Below, in pieces: positions 8,606 through 19,817 of a DNA stretch of 39,059 bases; position 1 is the stretch's first letter; each line of letters opens with the position of its first letter. The stretch lies in the UHGV virus genome UHGV-0140603, one strand, 5' to 3'. A model generated the notes under the pieces. The model worked only from the letters and a program-made list of their open reading frames with translations, was not told the DNA's origin and did no database searches. Source of the DNA: a virus. A program made the translations under genes and the position numbers.

Positions 8606-11080
8606 TTATTGCGGAGTGACATCCTGTGGTCGCCACCAGTATGTTTGGTTAAATTCTTTCTTCGAACGTTGCTCCATTTTACGCAAATAGCCTGGTGAAA
8701 AATACTCCTGCATCTGGTTAAAAATCATGTGATCGAGAGCCGCCTTCAAGTACCAGAGATTCGCACCTGGCATCAGACCTTTCCCCAGCTTCACCAGATC
8801 ACCACCAGTCTGCTCATTCTTTCCTTCCACAGCATTAAGCGGAATGCCCTGAGCTATCTTAACGACATCATCAACAAGGCCTGCCACCGGACCAAGCATT
8901 GACGCCAGGGCACCGCTGCCATATCTGGTGTGATCTGAAAGAAGAAAATCACCATACAGGCCAAGCCCACCACCTTTCAGTAGCGCACCAAGCCAGAATT
9001 TTGCGGCATCATCACCGGTCATATCACGCGGATTCCTGCCTGATGCCATATCGTTTAACTGCTGCGAAAGCGCGCCAAGGATGGTTGTACTGGCGATAAA
9101 CGTCGCAATGTATGCCGCACGCCCACCGGCAGACGGCATTCCCATGGCGCGTGACCAGTGACGCATGACAACGGAGATCGGAAACGACTTAAACAGGAAT
9201 ACGCTACGGGTTAGTTCTCCCTTCCATGTCCCACGCTGGATGCCTGAACCGGTAACCATCTGCTCACGCGCACCAGGAGTGATGACCGCCATATCCACTT
9301 CTTCGGTCACCGCCCCGAGCAACTTGCGCATCGCTTCAAACTTCACGCGCTCTGGTGCTCCGAGATGCTCTACAGCAGCATCAGGAATACGCATGATGCT
9401 TTCCGGCGTCAGCATCGTGTTGTTGCCTTTCCCCCAGTCCTCCTGTTGCGCCAGTTTCCACACGCTCCAGTCTGTGTCAGTAATCCCTTTGCTTTTCAGG
9501 ATACGAAAATCAGAATCATCGAGGCTACGAAGGTCTGGTGTCCGTGACACTACTTCTCCCAGGCTTCCCATCATGGTTACGCCATAGGCGCGCTTGTGCG
9601 CATCTGACCATGCTGTAAGCCCACTGGCACGCATTACCGCCGTTGCCGCCCAACGAGACACAGACGGCCCCATATTATCCATCGCCCAGCGGTTAACGCT
9701 ACCAAGTAGAGATTCCATCGCCAGACCAGTGCGGCGCGCCCGCGCAAGCTCAGTACGGTTCGTTGGGTCCATAGCTTCAAGCTGGTTACGGAATAACTGG
9801 TTCATTGGAAGGTTGGTCACCTTCGCAGACAGATACATGGTTCCAAGATCAGAGAACGATGACAGCAACGCGGAGCCGAGTCGGCTGGCAACCAGCCAGT
9901 TGCGGATATTGTCAGACCAGCGTGCGATGTGCGGATTCGCTACAGGCTGTGTCTTTCCGGAAATAAAGTTGTACAGATTCTCTGTGTTGTTCCCCAGGCG
10001 CTCGACGCTACCGGTTTTACTCGGGTTAGCTGTTGCCGTTTCTGCCTTCACCTGATCAAGAAGGGAACGGAAAACATGATCGGGGTTTGGACCATATGTT
10101 TCCACCAGAGCAATATCTTTACTAATCCCTTCCAAGTGGCCGACCATGATTTCCCATAGAGAGCGATCGCCATAAAGTTGCTGATATTGCAGATAGGAAT
10201 CTGCATCTTTGAAATGTATCTGTCGTGATGCATTACCACGGTTAGCACGTGCGCCGGAAATTCGCATTCCGGTATCAGTAAGTTTATTCAGCCCACCAGT
10301 AGCGATCGTGTTATAAGCCTCTCCAAGAAATGCAGACAACTCGGCATCGTTCATCAGTTGTCCATCGGCTCGGATATAATATTTGCGATCCAGCTTACCT
10401 ATAACATCGCTAACCCACTTATCCTTTGATACCGCCCCAACCTTTTCCATAGAATGATGTTGAGGGATCCCCCAGTTTTCGAGATAGCCAATGTCCCCAC
10501 CAGCATCATTAAACCGGCGGCGCAGTAGATCTGTCACTTCTCTCCACGCCTTAGCACCTTTTCTTGCTTTAGCATTGCCAGTATTTTGCCCTCGCATTTC
10601 ATATACCAGGTCACGCACGCCCGCTTCATCTTCAAACAGGCCAAAAAAGCGAGGATCAACTGCTTCAAATGCCTCCTGCAATTGACTCAATGCATAATCA
10701 CGAGTGGCTTTTGTTCTGGACTCAACAGAGAGGAAATTCGATTTACCGTCTGCATTAAAAGCAATAGTACGGTTAAGAGCGCCAAGTTTCCCATCAGCCC
10801 CTTGATAGCTATTGATAAATTTATCCAATCTCTGACGTGCGGCTATAGTGAGGGCCACACGACGTTTCTTTAATGCCGCTTCTCGCTGTAATTCTTCAGA
10901 TGCCAATTGTGCTGCACGATATAGCCGCTCTGATTCGGAAAGTTGTCTCCACGACATCGGGTCATCACGAGCAATGGAGCGCATATTTCGATAAATGCGG
11001 TCTTCAATGTTCTGTATTTCTCGCGCCGTTAACGTGCGCTGCGCCGCCTGCTGGACCGCTTGTATACATTCCTGTCTCAT
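8606..11080 (-). CDS. Internal virion/ejection protein (T7 gp16-like position)
   Basis: 824 aa, position between core proteins and tailspike in a T7-like gene order. Confidence 0.55.
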   Translation of the reverse strand: MRQECIQAVQQAAQRTLTAREIQNIEDRIYRNMRSIARDDPMSWRQLSESERLYRAAQLASEELQREAALKKRRVALTIAARQRLDKFINSYQGADGKLGALNRTIAFNADGKSNFLSVESRTKATRDYALSQLQEAFEAVDPRFFGLFEDEAGVRDLVYEMRGQNTGNAKARKGAKAWREVTDLLRRRFNDAGGDIGYLENWGIPQHHSMEKVGAVSKDKWVSDVIGKLDRKYYIRADGQLMNDAELSAFLGEAYNTIATGGLNKLTDTGMRISGARANRGNASRQIHFKDADSYLQYQQLYGDRSLWEIMVGHLEGISKDIALVETYGPNPDHVFRSLLDQVKAETATANPSKTGSVERLGNNTENLYNFISGKTQPVANPHIARWSDNIRNWLVASRLGSALLSSFSDLGTMYLSAKVTNLPMNQLFRNQLEAMDPTNRTELARARRTGLAMESLLGSVNRWAMDNMGPSVSRWAATAVMRASGLTAWSDAHKRAYGVTMMGSLGEVVSRTPDLRSLDDSDFRILKSKGITDTDWSVWKLAQQEDWGKGNNTMLTPESIMRIPDAAVEHLGAPERVKFEAMRKLLGAVTEEVDMAVITPGAREQMVTGSGIQRGTWKGELTRSVFLFKSFPISVVMRHWSRAMGMPSAGGRAAYIATFIASTTILGALSQQLNDMASGRNPRDMTGDDAAKFWLGALLKGGGLGLYGDFLLSDHTRYGSGALASMLGPVAGLVDDVVKIAQGIPLNAVEGKNEQTGGDLVKLGKGLMPGANLWYLKAALDHMIFNQMQEYFSPGYLRKMEQRSKKEFNQTYWWRPQDVTPQ

Positions 11081-11085
11081 TTAAT

Positions 11086-12888
11086 TTAACCTCTCAAGAA
11101 ACACGCCACAGCGACATCAAACAGGCTGGAATCCTGTATTGCCTGCTCACTTTCCTTGTTCGCTTCATCCAGTACTTCACGCGCTCTGCGCGATTGTGGA
11201 TTACCATCATCATCCAGCACGGTGATTATCATGTCAGGTGATTCAAGCAGCGAGTCTTCAGCTATACGCAGATCAATATCTCCTGCCGGATCTGCCATCA
11301 TTTTTTGTTCTGCCTGTTGCAATATCTTACCGGGCTCAAAAGGAGCTACTTCGTCTGGCGTCCTGACCTCTGCTGTTTTATAGAATGAAACAGCCTGAGC
11401 ATTAAGTTCACTTTCTGCCTGCTGTCGCCGTGCCAGTTCTGCTCGAGCTTCAAAAAACTGACCTCCAGGCTCGTGCGGTGCCAACGCGTTACGGGAAAAT
11501 TCCAGGCGTTCTTGTGCCTGCCGGATTCGTTGGTCAATATCCCGAAGTCTGGCCTGTTTATCTGATCGAGCACGAGACAAAGCTTTACCGCTACCGGTTG
11601 GCTCTTCTGCAAGAATTTGTGCGCGCTGTTCAGTGAGATTTTCAATAATTCGTTGGCTATTAGCGATTTCAGACTGGTAAACCTGTCTATCGCCACGCGG
11701 CAAAAGCTGCGCAGCCCGTTCTTCAAGCAACCGATTTTCGATAGCGCGCGCTGTTGCTCCATCATCTACAGATGACAGAGCCTCATTAACTGCCTGAGAC
11801 AGCAGATTCTTGCGCCCAGGAATTTCACTGAAAGATGCAGACTCAACAATGCTGGCAACGTCTACAGGTCTCCCCTGGCTAACATCAGACATAGCTTTTC
11901 GCAGAGCCTGAATGTGAGAATTGCGCGAAAGCACGTTGATCGGCACGCCGGGAGAAATATCAATTTCAGCATGATGAGCGGCATTCGCCGCCAGTGCAGC
12001 ATCGACATCAACTGGTGAAAAATTGGGGGTGCTTGTAGCCTCACCGCGAGAGTTAATAAATCTGCCGACACCACCAAACGCCACCCCAAGAACAGCATCA
12101 ATAGCAATTGCCTGTCGATCCAACACATCATACTGGTTAGCCATTTCGCTATAGCCACCATCACGAAGCGTTTTTGCAGTAAGCCCACGCTGTGCCATAC
12201 CGAACGCAATATTTGTACCTGCGGCATAGGCAATATCTGGCGTTGCACGTACTGCTGTTGCTGCGGCGCGTCGCACTGAACTTTCACCCGTCCGCGCAAG
12301 CTGAGCCGCCACACCTTCCGCCAGCGCACCACCAGCACGTAACCCGAGGCTCATAGGGATCAGTGTTCCGGCACCAGCAGTAATACCCTGCACTAATCCC
12401 GCTTCCTGCGCCGTCCTGAAATCAACCCCCTGTGCTGTCAGCCGTTCAAACTCAGAAAAACCCTGTAGCGAAGTTACCGCCGCAGCACCTCCGACCGGAC
12501 CACCGAGCGTTGTACCGATAACAGCCTGCCCGCCCATATCGAACAACCCATAAAGAACCTGCCCGGCGGTTCCGGTTGTCGCGGCATCAGGCGTCAGCCG
12601 CTTAACCTGCTGCTCTGCTAGTTTTCTCTGCTCGGCAATGTATGAAACTGAAGTGTCATTGAGCGAGGTGTTTTCGTTAACAAACTGAGCAATCGGGGAT
12701 ACGATTTTATCCATCCCTGCCCAGAGCAACTGATCTGGCTTTGCCACCAGCCCGGAGTACAAACCAGACAATGCCGCTCCTACAGCATTGTCGAAAAAAC
12801 CAACATCGCTGTTAAAGCCAGCTGGATTTGATGCTGCTTCGTCAAGCTGCTGATTCTGGTTTACTGGATTAAGGCCAAAGTAACTCAT
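11086..12888 (-). CDS. Internal virion protein
   Basis: 600 aa, Gly/Ala-rich N-terminal half, coiled-coil C-terminal half; synteny. Confidence 0.5.
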   Translation of the reverse strand: MSYFGLNPVNQNQQLDEAASNPAGFNSDVGFFDNAVGAALSGLYSGLVAKPDQLLWAGMDKIVSPIAQFVNENTSLNDTSVSYIAEQRKLAEQQVKRLTPDAATTGTAGQVLYGLFDMGGQAVIGTTLGGPVGGAAAVTSLQGFSEFERLTAQGVDFRTAQEAGLVQGITAGAGTLIPMSLGLRAGGALAEGVAAQLARTGESSVRRAAATAVRATPDIAYAAGTNIAFGMAQRGLTAKTLRDGGYSEMANQYDVLDRQAIAIDAVLGVAFGGVGRFINSRGEATSTPNFSPVDVDAALAANAAHHAEIDISPGVPINVLSRNSHIQALRKAMSDVSQGRPVDVASIVESASFSEIPGRKNLLSQAVNEALSSVDDGATARAIENRLLEERAAQLLPRGDRQVYQSEIANSQRIIENLTEQRAQILAEEPTGSGKALSRARSDKQARLRDIDQRIRQAQERLEFSRNALAPHEPGGQFFEARAELARRQQAESELNAQAVSFYKTAEVRTPDEVAPFEPGKILQQAEQKMMADPAGDIDLRIAEDSLLESPDMIITVLDDDGNPQSRRAREVLDEANKESEQAIQDSSLFDVAVACFLRG

Positions 12889-15398
12889 TGCGGAATATCT
12901 CCGGAGAATCTCTGACGCTTCTGTGTCAGATCAAGAACAACGGGAGAACCATCATCTTTTAGCAGATAACCAGTACCAAGTTTCACCAAGTACTGACTAT
13001 CGCCGTAACTTTGCAAACCATACTGACCAGGCGGTGTTTTTATCCCTGTGCCAACAACTTGTTCATTCCAAGCCTGATTAACCTGCTTATCGAATTGCTC
13101 TGCAGACATTCCCCACGGCAAAAGAACATTCCCCATTCCGTTATAGTCATGCACGCCACCTGTAGCTACGTTAACAGCCTGTTTCCAGATATCATTGTCA
13201 ATTTCGCCTGATACCACGCCTTTTTTCGCCATCACACCAGCGTAATAGTCCTTTGCGATCTCGTATGCCATTGATGCCCCCTGAGCATCACCAGCAAATG
13301 CATCCTTCACCATGTCAGAAAACTCAAGGCGAAGATCAGCATCTTTAGGCATCGGAATACCTTTCGCGTCATCAGTACCTTTACGAGCCGCCGCGCCAGC
13401 AAGAATTGTCTGCGCAGCGGTTTCAGGAGACACGGAAACATCCGGATTAAACCAGTTTTTTTCTGCCAAAATACCACCTGGCTTATCCATCAGTATCCCG
13501 GCAACGGCAGCAGATGGAGCGTTGGCACTGATCTGCTGTAGTGCTGACATATACACCTGCCCACCACCAGTGCTCTGCCTGATGGTATCGAGATATGCTG
13601 CCTGTTGGGAAACGGGCGCATCACGAAAGAAAACACCGATCTGATTGGCCTCGTCTTTGGAAAAGAACGTCAGTGGAGTGCCATATGACTTAGCAAGGTC
13701 ACTGACCTGAGCAGCACGCAAGGCAACGCTCTGTCCAAAGTTATCCTTATTGCTCATGTCGATAGGCTTTGCCTGTCCGGCGGCAAGAGAGAACTGTACA
13801 GGATCAGCCTGTCGCTGCTTTATCACCTGACTTGCAGCCGACACAACGTTGTCATAAAGAGCGGCTCGTGCCGCATAACCCTCCCCTGTCTCACCAGTAT
13901 CCGGGCGTAATTGCTCAACATATGCTGTAATGCTGCTTGTCGGCATGTTGCGGAAAGAGCCTATATACTGTCCGGCGATTTGCGTATTTCTGAACTCGGT
14001 ATATCGCAGATTTCCTTCTCTGACTCCATAAGCTGCAATAAAATCAGCCTCACCAGGTGGGTTAGGAAATTCAACGCCACGCATATACGCAGCTGTCGCA
14101 TCGCGAACCTGGCTGTCAATCATCGTTTTATATTCAGCCTGCTGCTGCCGACGCAGTTGATCCGCCTGTCGCATAAAACTTGCCTGCGCCTCAGGAGATG
14201 CCGCATCGAATGCTGCATTACCGGTATAGCGTTTGGTGTTGGTTGGAATTGTTGATAAACCAAGTGCTGCACTGACACCAGCAGTTAACTGCTGATCACT
14301 GTATGGCTGGCTACCGTTCTCATGATGGATAATGGCTGCACAAAGCGCCTTCAGGGTATCAGGATTAGATGCATCGAGAGGCTCATCAGCAGAAACGCCA
14401 AGTTGTTCGCACACTGCTTTGATATACGACATAGTGTCATTTTTATCAGTAGGCGGTGCCCAGCGATTAATTATCTCGCTGACGGTATCAATACCCTGCC
14501 TCTGATACGACATCAGGTTCCGCCCTAATGCACGAATCCCGTGTTCAGGTGTTTCGAATTTAGCAAATCGACCATCATCACCGGTCTGGCCTACCCACGG
14601 ATTAGTTTTGCTGTATTCGAGATTTCCTGGGTTATTGTTGCGTATGCCACGGGCACGCTCGGAAGAGTCACTATCTGCTACAGCACGGCGAGCTCCAGCA
14701 GCAGTATCACTTAACTCGCCATTACTTTGGATGAATGCGGTCGCATTGTTTGCCGACCACTGGGACAATGCAGCATCAGCAACCTTCTCTTTAAACTCGA
14801 TTTTCTTGGCCTGGATTTGCTCGTTGCTCCAGCCATGTGCAACACCGTACTCCTCAATTTGCTGGAAAGTTTGCTTGTTAGCCAATACGTATGCGGCGTT
14901 GTCGCCATACAATGCTGCGGCATTTTTACCATTGTTCAGCAGTGTCGCCTGAAACTGGCCTTCTTCGTAGGCATTAATTTGCCCTATCTCGTGTCGCCCG
15001 GCCTGCGTAGTGAACTGAATGCGCTGCTGCTGCGCCTGCTGCATGAAAGCATTACGAGCCTGTTCATCCGGCAGCGACATAGCCAGTTGTTCGACCTGAG
15101 CATCAAACTGCTGCGTATACTCCTGACCTTTTCCAATAGCATTTTTCCCTTTCAGGTTAAGCAAACCTGTTTCAGGGTTATTCAGCAGATCGCTGCCTGT
15201 CTGACTGAGTTTAAGGGATGCCTCCTGAACCAAGGCAATATTGGCACGCTGTTTTGCCTGACCCAGAACATCAATTGCCTCTGTCCCTGCCCGAACAAAA
15301 GCATCACTAATACCTGGCTGAGAAAACGTCTGCAAGCCTGCTGACTGAACTCCACGACTCTCAACCTGACGTCCGGATACTGTTGGTACGACTGGCAT
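12885..15398 (-). CDS. Internal virion protein (gp15/gp16-like), possible peptidoglycan-hydrolase motif
   Basis: Track ORF extends to 15473; ATG at 15398 overlaps the upstream stop (TAATG); motif RGIRNNNPGNLEY. Confidence 0.55.
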   Translation of the reverse strand: MPVVPTVSGRQVESRGVQSAGLQTFSQPGISDAFVRAGTEAIDVLGQAKQRANIALVQEASLKLSQTGSDLLNNPETGLLNLKGKNAIGKGQEYTQQFDAQVEQLAMSLPDEQARNAFMQQAQQQRIQFTTQAGRHEIGQINAYEEGQFQATLLNNGKNAAALYGDNAAYVLANKQTFQQIEEYGVAHGWSNEQIQAKKIEFKEKVADAALSQWSANNATAFIQSNGELSDTAAGARRAVADSDSSERARGIRNNNPGNLEYSKTNPWVGQTGDDGRFAKFETPEHGIRALGRNLMSYQRQGIDTVSEIINRWAPPTDKNDTMSYIKAVCEQLGVSADEPLDASNPDTLKALCAAIIHHENGSQPYSDQQLTAGVSAALGLSTIPTNTKRYTGNAAFDAASPEAQASFMRQADQLRRQQQAEYKTMIDSQVRDATAAYMRGVEFPNPPGEADFIAAYGVREGNLRYTEFRNTQIAGQYIGSFRNMPTSSITAYVEQLRPDTGETGEGYAARAALYDNVVSAASQVIKQRQADPVQFSLAAGQAKPIDMSNKDNFGQSVALRAAQVSDLAKSYGTPLTFFSKDEANQIGVFFRDAPVSQQAAYLDTIRQSTGGGQVYMSALQQISANAPSAAVAGILMDKPGGILAEKNWFNPDVSVSPETAAQTILAGAAARKGTDDAKGIPMPKDADLRLEFSDMVKDAFAGDAQGASMAYEIAKDYYAGVMAKKGVVSGEIDNDIWKQAVNVATGGVHDYNGMGNVLLPWGMSAEQFDKQVNQAWNEQVVGTGIKTPPGQYGLQSYGDSQYLVKLGTGYLLKDDGSPVVLDLTQKRQRFSGDIPQ

Positions 15399-15943
15399 TA
15401 TAATCCTCCGGGTAATCTGGTTCCTGCTGCTGCCCCGATTGGCGCAGGGGTGCTTTGAGTAAACGGACTCCACGTCCCACCAAACATCTGGTACGCACCG
15501 TATGCCTTCAGAGGCGCAGTGAGCAATGTTGTTGCTGCTCCCACATTCCCCTGTTTACGGGCTGAACTGGCTTCTGCTTTATAGTTGGCAGCCTGAACCT
15601 GATAACCGTAAGCCTCGCGTTGCGCGTTATTCACCGTCGTCAGCGAATCAAGAGCGCCAAACTGGGCAGTGTCGCCAAATATATCCAGCGCGTTACCGGT
15701 AGATAAATCGGCGCCGGTCGCCCCCATTGTCGCCGCCTGTGTACCAAGCCGCTGTCGGGTCTCTCTGCGCCGTTGCTCAGCTTCAGCGTTACCTCTGTTT
15801 ATTGCATCATTTGCCTGAGCTGTGGCTATATCTGCGTTCGCTTCTGCAACCTTCGAGACATACTTTCCCTGTTGGTACTGGGTGTATGCCTGAATGCCAC
15901 TCATGGCGAGCATTGCGCCACCAGCAATAACCGGATCGCACAT
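15398..15943 (-). CDS. Small internal virion protein (gp14-like position)
   Basis: 181 aa, Ala/Gln-rich, translationally coupled to neighbours. Confidence 0.45.
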   Translation of the reverse strand: MCDPVIAGGAMLAMSGIQAYTQYQQGKYVSKVAEANADIATAQANDAINRGNAEAEQRRRETRQRLGTQAATMGATGADLSTGNALDIFGDTAQFGALDSLTTVNNAQREAYGYQVQAANYKAEASSARKQGNVGAATTLLTAPLKAYGAYQMFGGTWSPFTQSTPAPIGAAAGTRLPGGL

Positions 15944-16407
15944 TATTTTCTCTCCATGTGAAATCTATGGAAATTAAGACCAAGAGCACCATAAGGCGCG
16001 GCTTCTTCAAGCCTGAATCCAAGCCAGTGCAGCCATGCTTTGGCAACATGGTTTCGCTCGTCGACGTAGTTTTCCAGGCGCGGATAAACTGCCAGCATCT
16101 GCTGCAATACAGGGCGGCAGTGGCGAAGAAATGTCTTCTGATATTTTTCAATACGGCTGGTTCCTACCAGCCAGGGCGTACCATTGCCACCGATCATTGA
16201 CGCCGGAGATACGCCAAACATGGTTACCAGTTCTCCGTTCGCAAATCCTGACCAGGCCATAGTCGCAGTGCGAAGACCAACACGCAGCGCATCTTCGGTA
16301 GTCATCAGCGATACCGCATACAGTTCGTCAATATCAGCCTGACGAACATCCGGCAAAATCATCTGAAGATGCTCTTCGGTAGCGGGAACAATTCGAACAT
16401 CGATCAT
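15943..16407 (-). CDS. Virion-associated protein (gp13-like position)
   Basis: 154 aa, directly downstream of tail tubular protein B, start/stop overlap. Confidence 0.4.
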   Translation of the reverse strand: MIDVRIVPATEEHLQMILPDVRQADIDELYAVSLMTTEDALRVGLRTATMAWSGFANGELVTMFGVSPASMIGGNGTPWLVGTSRIEKYQKTFLRHCRPVLQQMLAVYPRLENYVDERNHVAKAWLHWLGFRLEEAAPYGALGLNFHRFHMERK

Positions 16408-18878
16408 CAGAATCCCCCAACAGTAAGGCGAGGAATAACGGCAAGAACAGACAGCGGCAACGGATCAAGCTGACGGATTTTTACACGTCCGTTTTTGCCC
16501 CAGTTACTGTCCAGTTTCACTTCTACTTTTCCGGTAGCATCATCAACAGGATCATCGTAGAACTCGAATTCACGCTGTGGATATTCGTACCATTTACCGC
16601 CGGGCGTAGTCGCCCAGATGCCGCGACTGGCATTCACAACCAGAGTAACGGAGGGGATCACCTGTTTTTTGTCCAGCAGCGTTTCCTGTCCGTTAATGTT
16701 GATATCCAGTGTTTCGAATTCAGCAGTTATTGGCAGGCCGATGTGCACTACAGCCCCCGGAGATTCCAGCGTGACGGCACCTCCGGAAACCACTTTCTGT
16801 GGTTCCACGTTCGCATCAGAGAGAATGTTTACGGTCTGGCCTTCAAGATGAGACAGGCCTCCAAATGTCCGGCGCGCCATCTGCCAGTTCGTGGTGGCCA
16901 CATTCCTGAGGGATGGCGGGACGTTCCTGTTAGCACGAACCACTACAGCGGTATTGCTGGTTACAGAAATAATGTCGCAACGTAATTCTTTTGACACCTC
17001 ATCGCCAGTATCAGGATCAGTTCCGGTATAAGGGAACTGTAGTTGCGCGCCGACATCACTACTGGTGAAGTACGCACCACCAGAAACACTGATTGTATAT
17101 TCCGCACGGTAATCCCATTCACCAGAACCACCAGTGATGGTCATCGTTCTGTCAGACGTATTTCTTCCATCATAGCTAAGGCCAGAATCAACAAAGAAAG
17201 CATCTTCATCGCTGGTAAATAAACGGCTGGACAGCCGCTCGATGTATCTCACTGTTTGCCCGTTAACGGTTCGGTTAACGACGAAATACACCGCATCTTC
17301 ATTGCCTTCGCTGATACTGCATGTGCTTTCATATTTTCCGGTACTGGATTGTGGTGCCCATGCAAAAACCTGCTGATCACGCAAATAGGTCATCACCAGT
17401 AATTTACCGTCATCACGAATGCAGAAGGCGCTGGAGTAAGGGACAATAGAGAAGCACCAGTCAACAATGCTGTGCTTCTGAAAAAGATGATTGGCAAGGA
17501 TGGTCAGGTCGTTCCCCTGATAGCCGTCAACATCGAATGAGTAGGCCAGATCACGGACAACACTGCCTTTCTCCTGGACGAACAGAGCAATATTCGCCAC
17601 GGCAATTGGTGGGACATTGCTCGAGCCATTTGATCCCTGAGAGCTGAATGCAAATGATGATGGGGTTAATACTTTGTTCTGGTCGCCGGTGATGACGTAC
17701 TCACCTCCGGAAGTCAGCGCCACCAGCGAACCAACATCAATCAGGTGGCGGATCTCATTAACCTGACGTCCGGCATAGGTGTAGATAATTCTGTCGTCAT
17801 CCTGCGTAGGATTGCTTTTGCCAAAATCCTTATAATCCCCAGTACGGCTGGCCCAGATAGTCTGAGGGAACGCAGTCGATGCGGCGAAGTAAAGACGTTG
17901 TTGATAATAAACAACAGTGCCAGGATAACCGTTAATACTGTTCCAGGCATATTTAGCCCATTTATAGCTGGCATTATCCTCGCCAACTATCTGCGAAGGG
18001 ATATAGGAAATCACCTCGGCAGTTGCAGTAGTTCCATTTGCAGCAGTGATACGGGCAATGCCAAAACCACTGTGCAGATATTCCCACTCAATGCCGGTAT
18101 CATCATCACCGGATCCGCCCCAACCATCCCATGATGTGCCTTCTGTATGCGAAGGGCGCAAAGTGCCTGTTTTACCTGCTGTAACAGCGCGATAGTAGTT
18201 ACTGTCTGCACGGCGAACATCGTCAATCGACGTACTCTTACTGGTTTCCCATACCGGCACTGAATCCACTGCAGGCTGTTCCAGATAGAACAATTTGCCT
18301 ACCTGCTCCGAGCCAAAAATAGAGGCGCTTGCCGTTAACGTAATTGTCCCGGTGCTGGCGCTGGCATAAACCGTCACTGACTCGTCAATATTGATATCTT
18401 CAAATGGTCCGTTCTTCGTTACCACATCAACCAGTTGCCAGTTGTCATGCGCATAGCGACGCAACTCTTTCGGCGGGTATGCCGGATGAACCAGCGTAAG
18501 CACGTCTGCGCTTTGCGTGAATTTAATTCGGAACAGATCGGCTTCAGTATATGGCGTGGCAATTTCATAAATAACATTGCTGCTGTTCAGCACCAACGCA
18601 CCATCTTTGATAACGCGCATGTACTGGTGTCCGAACTCCAGAGCATAAGTCTGAACCGTCGAGAACTGGAACGGTATCAGGCGGCATTTCCGATTTGGGT
18701 ATTTGGCGGCACCGACAAAACGCGTACCAGGTCGATTCTCAACGCCGCCATACTGCCGCACGATAAAGTTATCGCACTTGCGCAATGCCACCTGGTACTT
18801 CGCCATGTCGATACGCCCGTACAACGACGGTCCAATCTCACCACCGGCAAAGCTGGGCTGGATCCAACTGATAGCCAT
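16407..18878 (-). CDS. Tail tubular protein B (T7 gp12-like)
   Basis: 823 aa, size and position after the gp11-like gene; loose similarity to T7 gp12. Confidence 0.6.
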   Translation of the reverse strand: MAISWIQPSFAGGEIGPSLYGRIDMAKYQVALRKCDNFIVRQYGGVENRPGTRFVGAAKYPNRKCRLIPFQFSTVQTYALEFGHQYMRVIKDGALVLNSSNVIYEIATPYTEADLFRIKFTQSADVLTLVHPAYPPKELRRYAHDNWQLVDVVTKNGPFEDINIDESVTVYASASTGTITLTASASIFGSEQVGKLFYLEQPAVDSVPVWETSKSTSIDDVRRADSNYYRAVTAGKTGTLRPSHTEGTSWDGWGGSGDDDTGIEWEYLHSGFGIARITAANGTTATAEVISYIPSQIVGEDNASYKWAKYAWNSINGYPGTVVYYQQRLYFAASTAFPQTIWASRTGDYKDFGKSNPTQDDDRIIYTYAGRQVNEIRHLIDVGSLVALTSGGEYVITGDQNKVLTPSSFAFSSQGSNGSSNVPPIAVANIALFVQEKGSVVRDLAYSFDVDGYQGNDLTILANHLFQKHSIVDWCFSIVPYSSAFCIRDDGKLLVMTYLRDQQVFAWAPQSSTGKYESTCSISEGNEDAVYFVVNRTVNGQTVRYIERLSSRLFTSDEDAFFVDSGLSYDGRNTSDRTMTITGGSGEWDYRAEYTISVSGGAYFTSSDVGAQLQFPYTGTDPDTGDEVSKELRCDIISVTSNTAVVVRANRNVPPSLRNVATTNWQMARRTFGGLSHLEGQTVNILSDANVEPQKVVSGGAVTLESPGAVVHIGLPITAEFETLDININGQETLLDKKQVIPSVTLVVNASRGIWATTPGGKWYEYPQREFEFYDDPVDDATGKVEVKLDSNWGKNGRVKIRQLDPLPLSVLAVIPRLTVGGF

Positions 18879-19483
18879 CAGGACAACCTCGCAATGGTAA
18901 ACTCGTCAACCGGTGGCTGTGGTTCCTGTGATTCATTCTGGCTATGCGAGCCAGCACTAAGAATCACGCGATTGTACATATTGAGGGCAAACGTACCGAG
19001 GTCTGCATTCCCAGTCAGCGCCATGTTAATAGCTGCCGCAAGACGCCAGGCCAACGCCTCCATAAAAATGGCATCAAACATGTTCACATCTGAAACGCGA
19101 GAGACATACTTGAGCCATGCCTGCGGCTGGTCTGTGTAGATCAACTTTCCTGTTCCGTTGGTGTCTGCACCAACTTCGTACTGAACGCGCATTGCTGCTG
19201 TTGGATTGCGTACACCAGGAAGCATAATTTCAGTAATGCGCAGACAATCGGACGGGTACTGATACGCATATTCCCAGTCAGGCGGTGGATTGCTCGTATC
19301 TGCAAGCGCCACGCGTTTGGTAGCAAAGTTCCAGTCAAAATCAGAAAGCACAGCATCACGGCAGGCCTCAAAGTGCAGCGAACATTCCCCCGCTTCCTTG
19401 CTGGCTTCCGTCAGGCTGTTAATGCTGCGGCTATTGCCAATATTGGACAGCGCACGATTGCAGATCTCTACTACAGAGGCCAT
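18878..19483 (-). CDS. Tail tubular protein A (T7 gp11-like)
   Basis: 201 aa; N-terminus MASVVEICNRALSNIG resembles T7 gp11; synteny. Confidence 0.6.
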   Translation of the reverse strand: MASVVEICNRALSNIGNSRSINSLTEASKEAGECSLHFEACRDAVLSDFDWNFATKRVALADTSNPPPDWEYAYQYPSDCLRITEIMLPGVRNPTAAMRVQYEVGADTNGTGKLIYTDQPQAWLKYVSRVSDVNMFDAIFMEALAWRLAAAINMALTGNADLGTFALNMYNRVILSAGSHSQNESQEPQPPVDEFTIARLS

Positions 19484-19812
19484 TACTCACCCCCATTGCC
19501 GTACAGGGTTTCAGCCGCTGATTTTTCTACATCCCCGGAAACAGGAGCGATCGCCATATCAGTGATCTGCAGATCGGCGCTGCGATTAACACCATCGTCA
19601 GTTTCTCTGGCAGACAGGCCTCGAATAACAGCCTTTGCAGTTATCATCACTTCTGTTCCGACGCCCTGAGGTTGCGCCTTCAGCTTATTCAATGTGTCGT
19701 TATTAAGAGTGATGCACAGCCCCCACGGGTATTCATCGCGAGTTCTGGTTTCTCCGCTCTCATCCTGGTAGCTGTCAGTGCCGGTTTTGAGGTTTACGAG
19801 TTCCATATACAC
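19483..19812 (-). CDS. Hypothetical structural protein
   Basis: 109 aa, within the structural operon. Confidence 0.35.
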   Translation of the reverse strand: MYMELVNLKTGTDSYQDESGETRTRDEYPWGLCITLNNDTLNKLKAQPQGVGTEVMITAKAVIRGLSARETDDGVNRSADLQITDMAIAPVSGDVEKSAAETLYGNGGE

Positions 19813-19817
19813 TCCTG

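Noticed and set aside
18435-19139. 234-aa plus-strand ORF
   Set aside because: Antisense to the tail tubular protein genes; no RBS or independent support.
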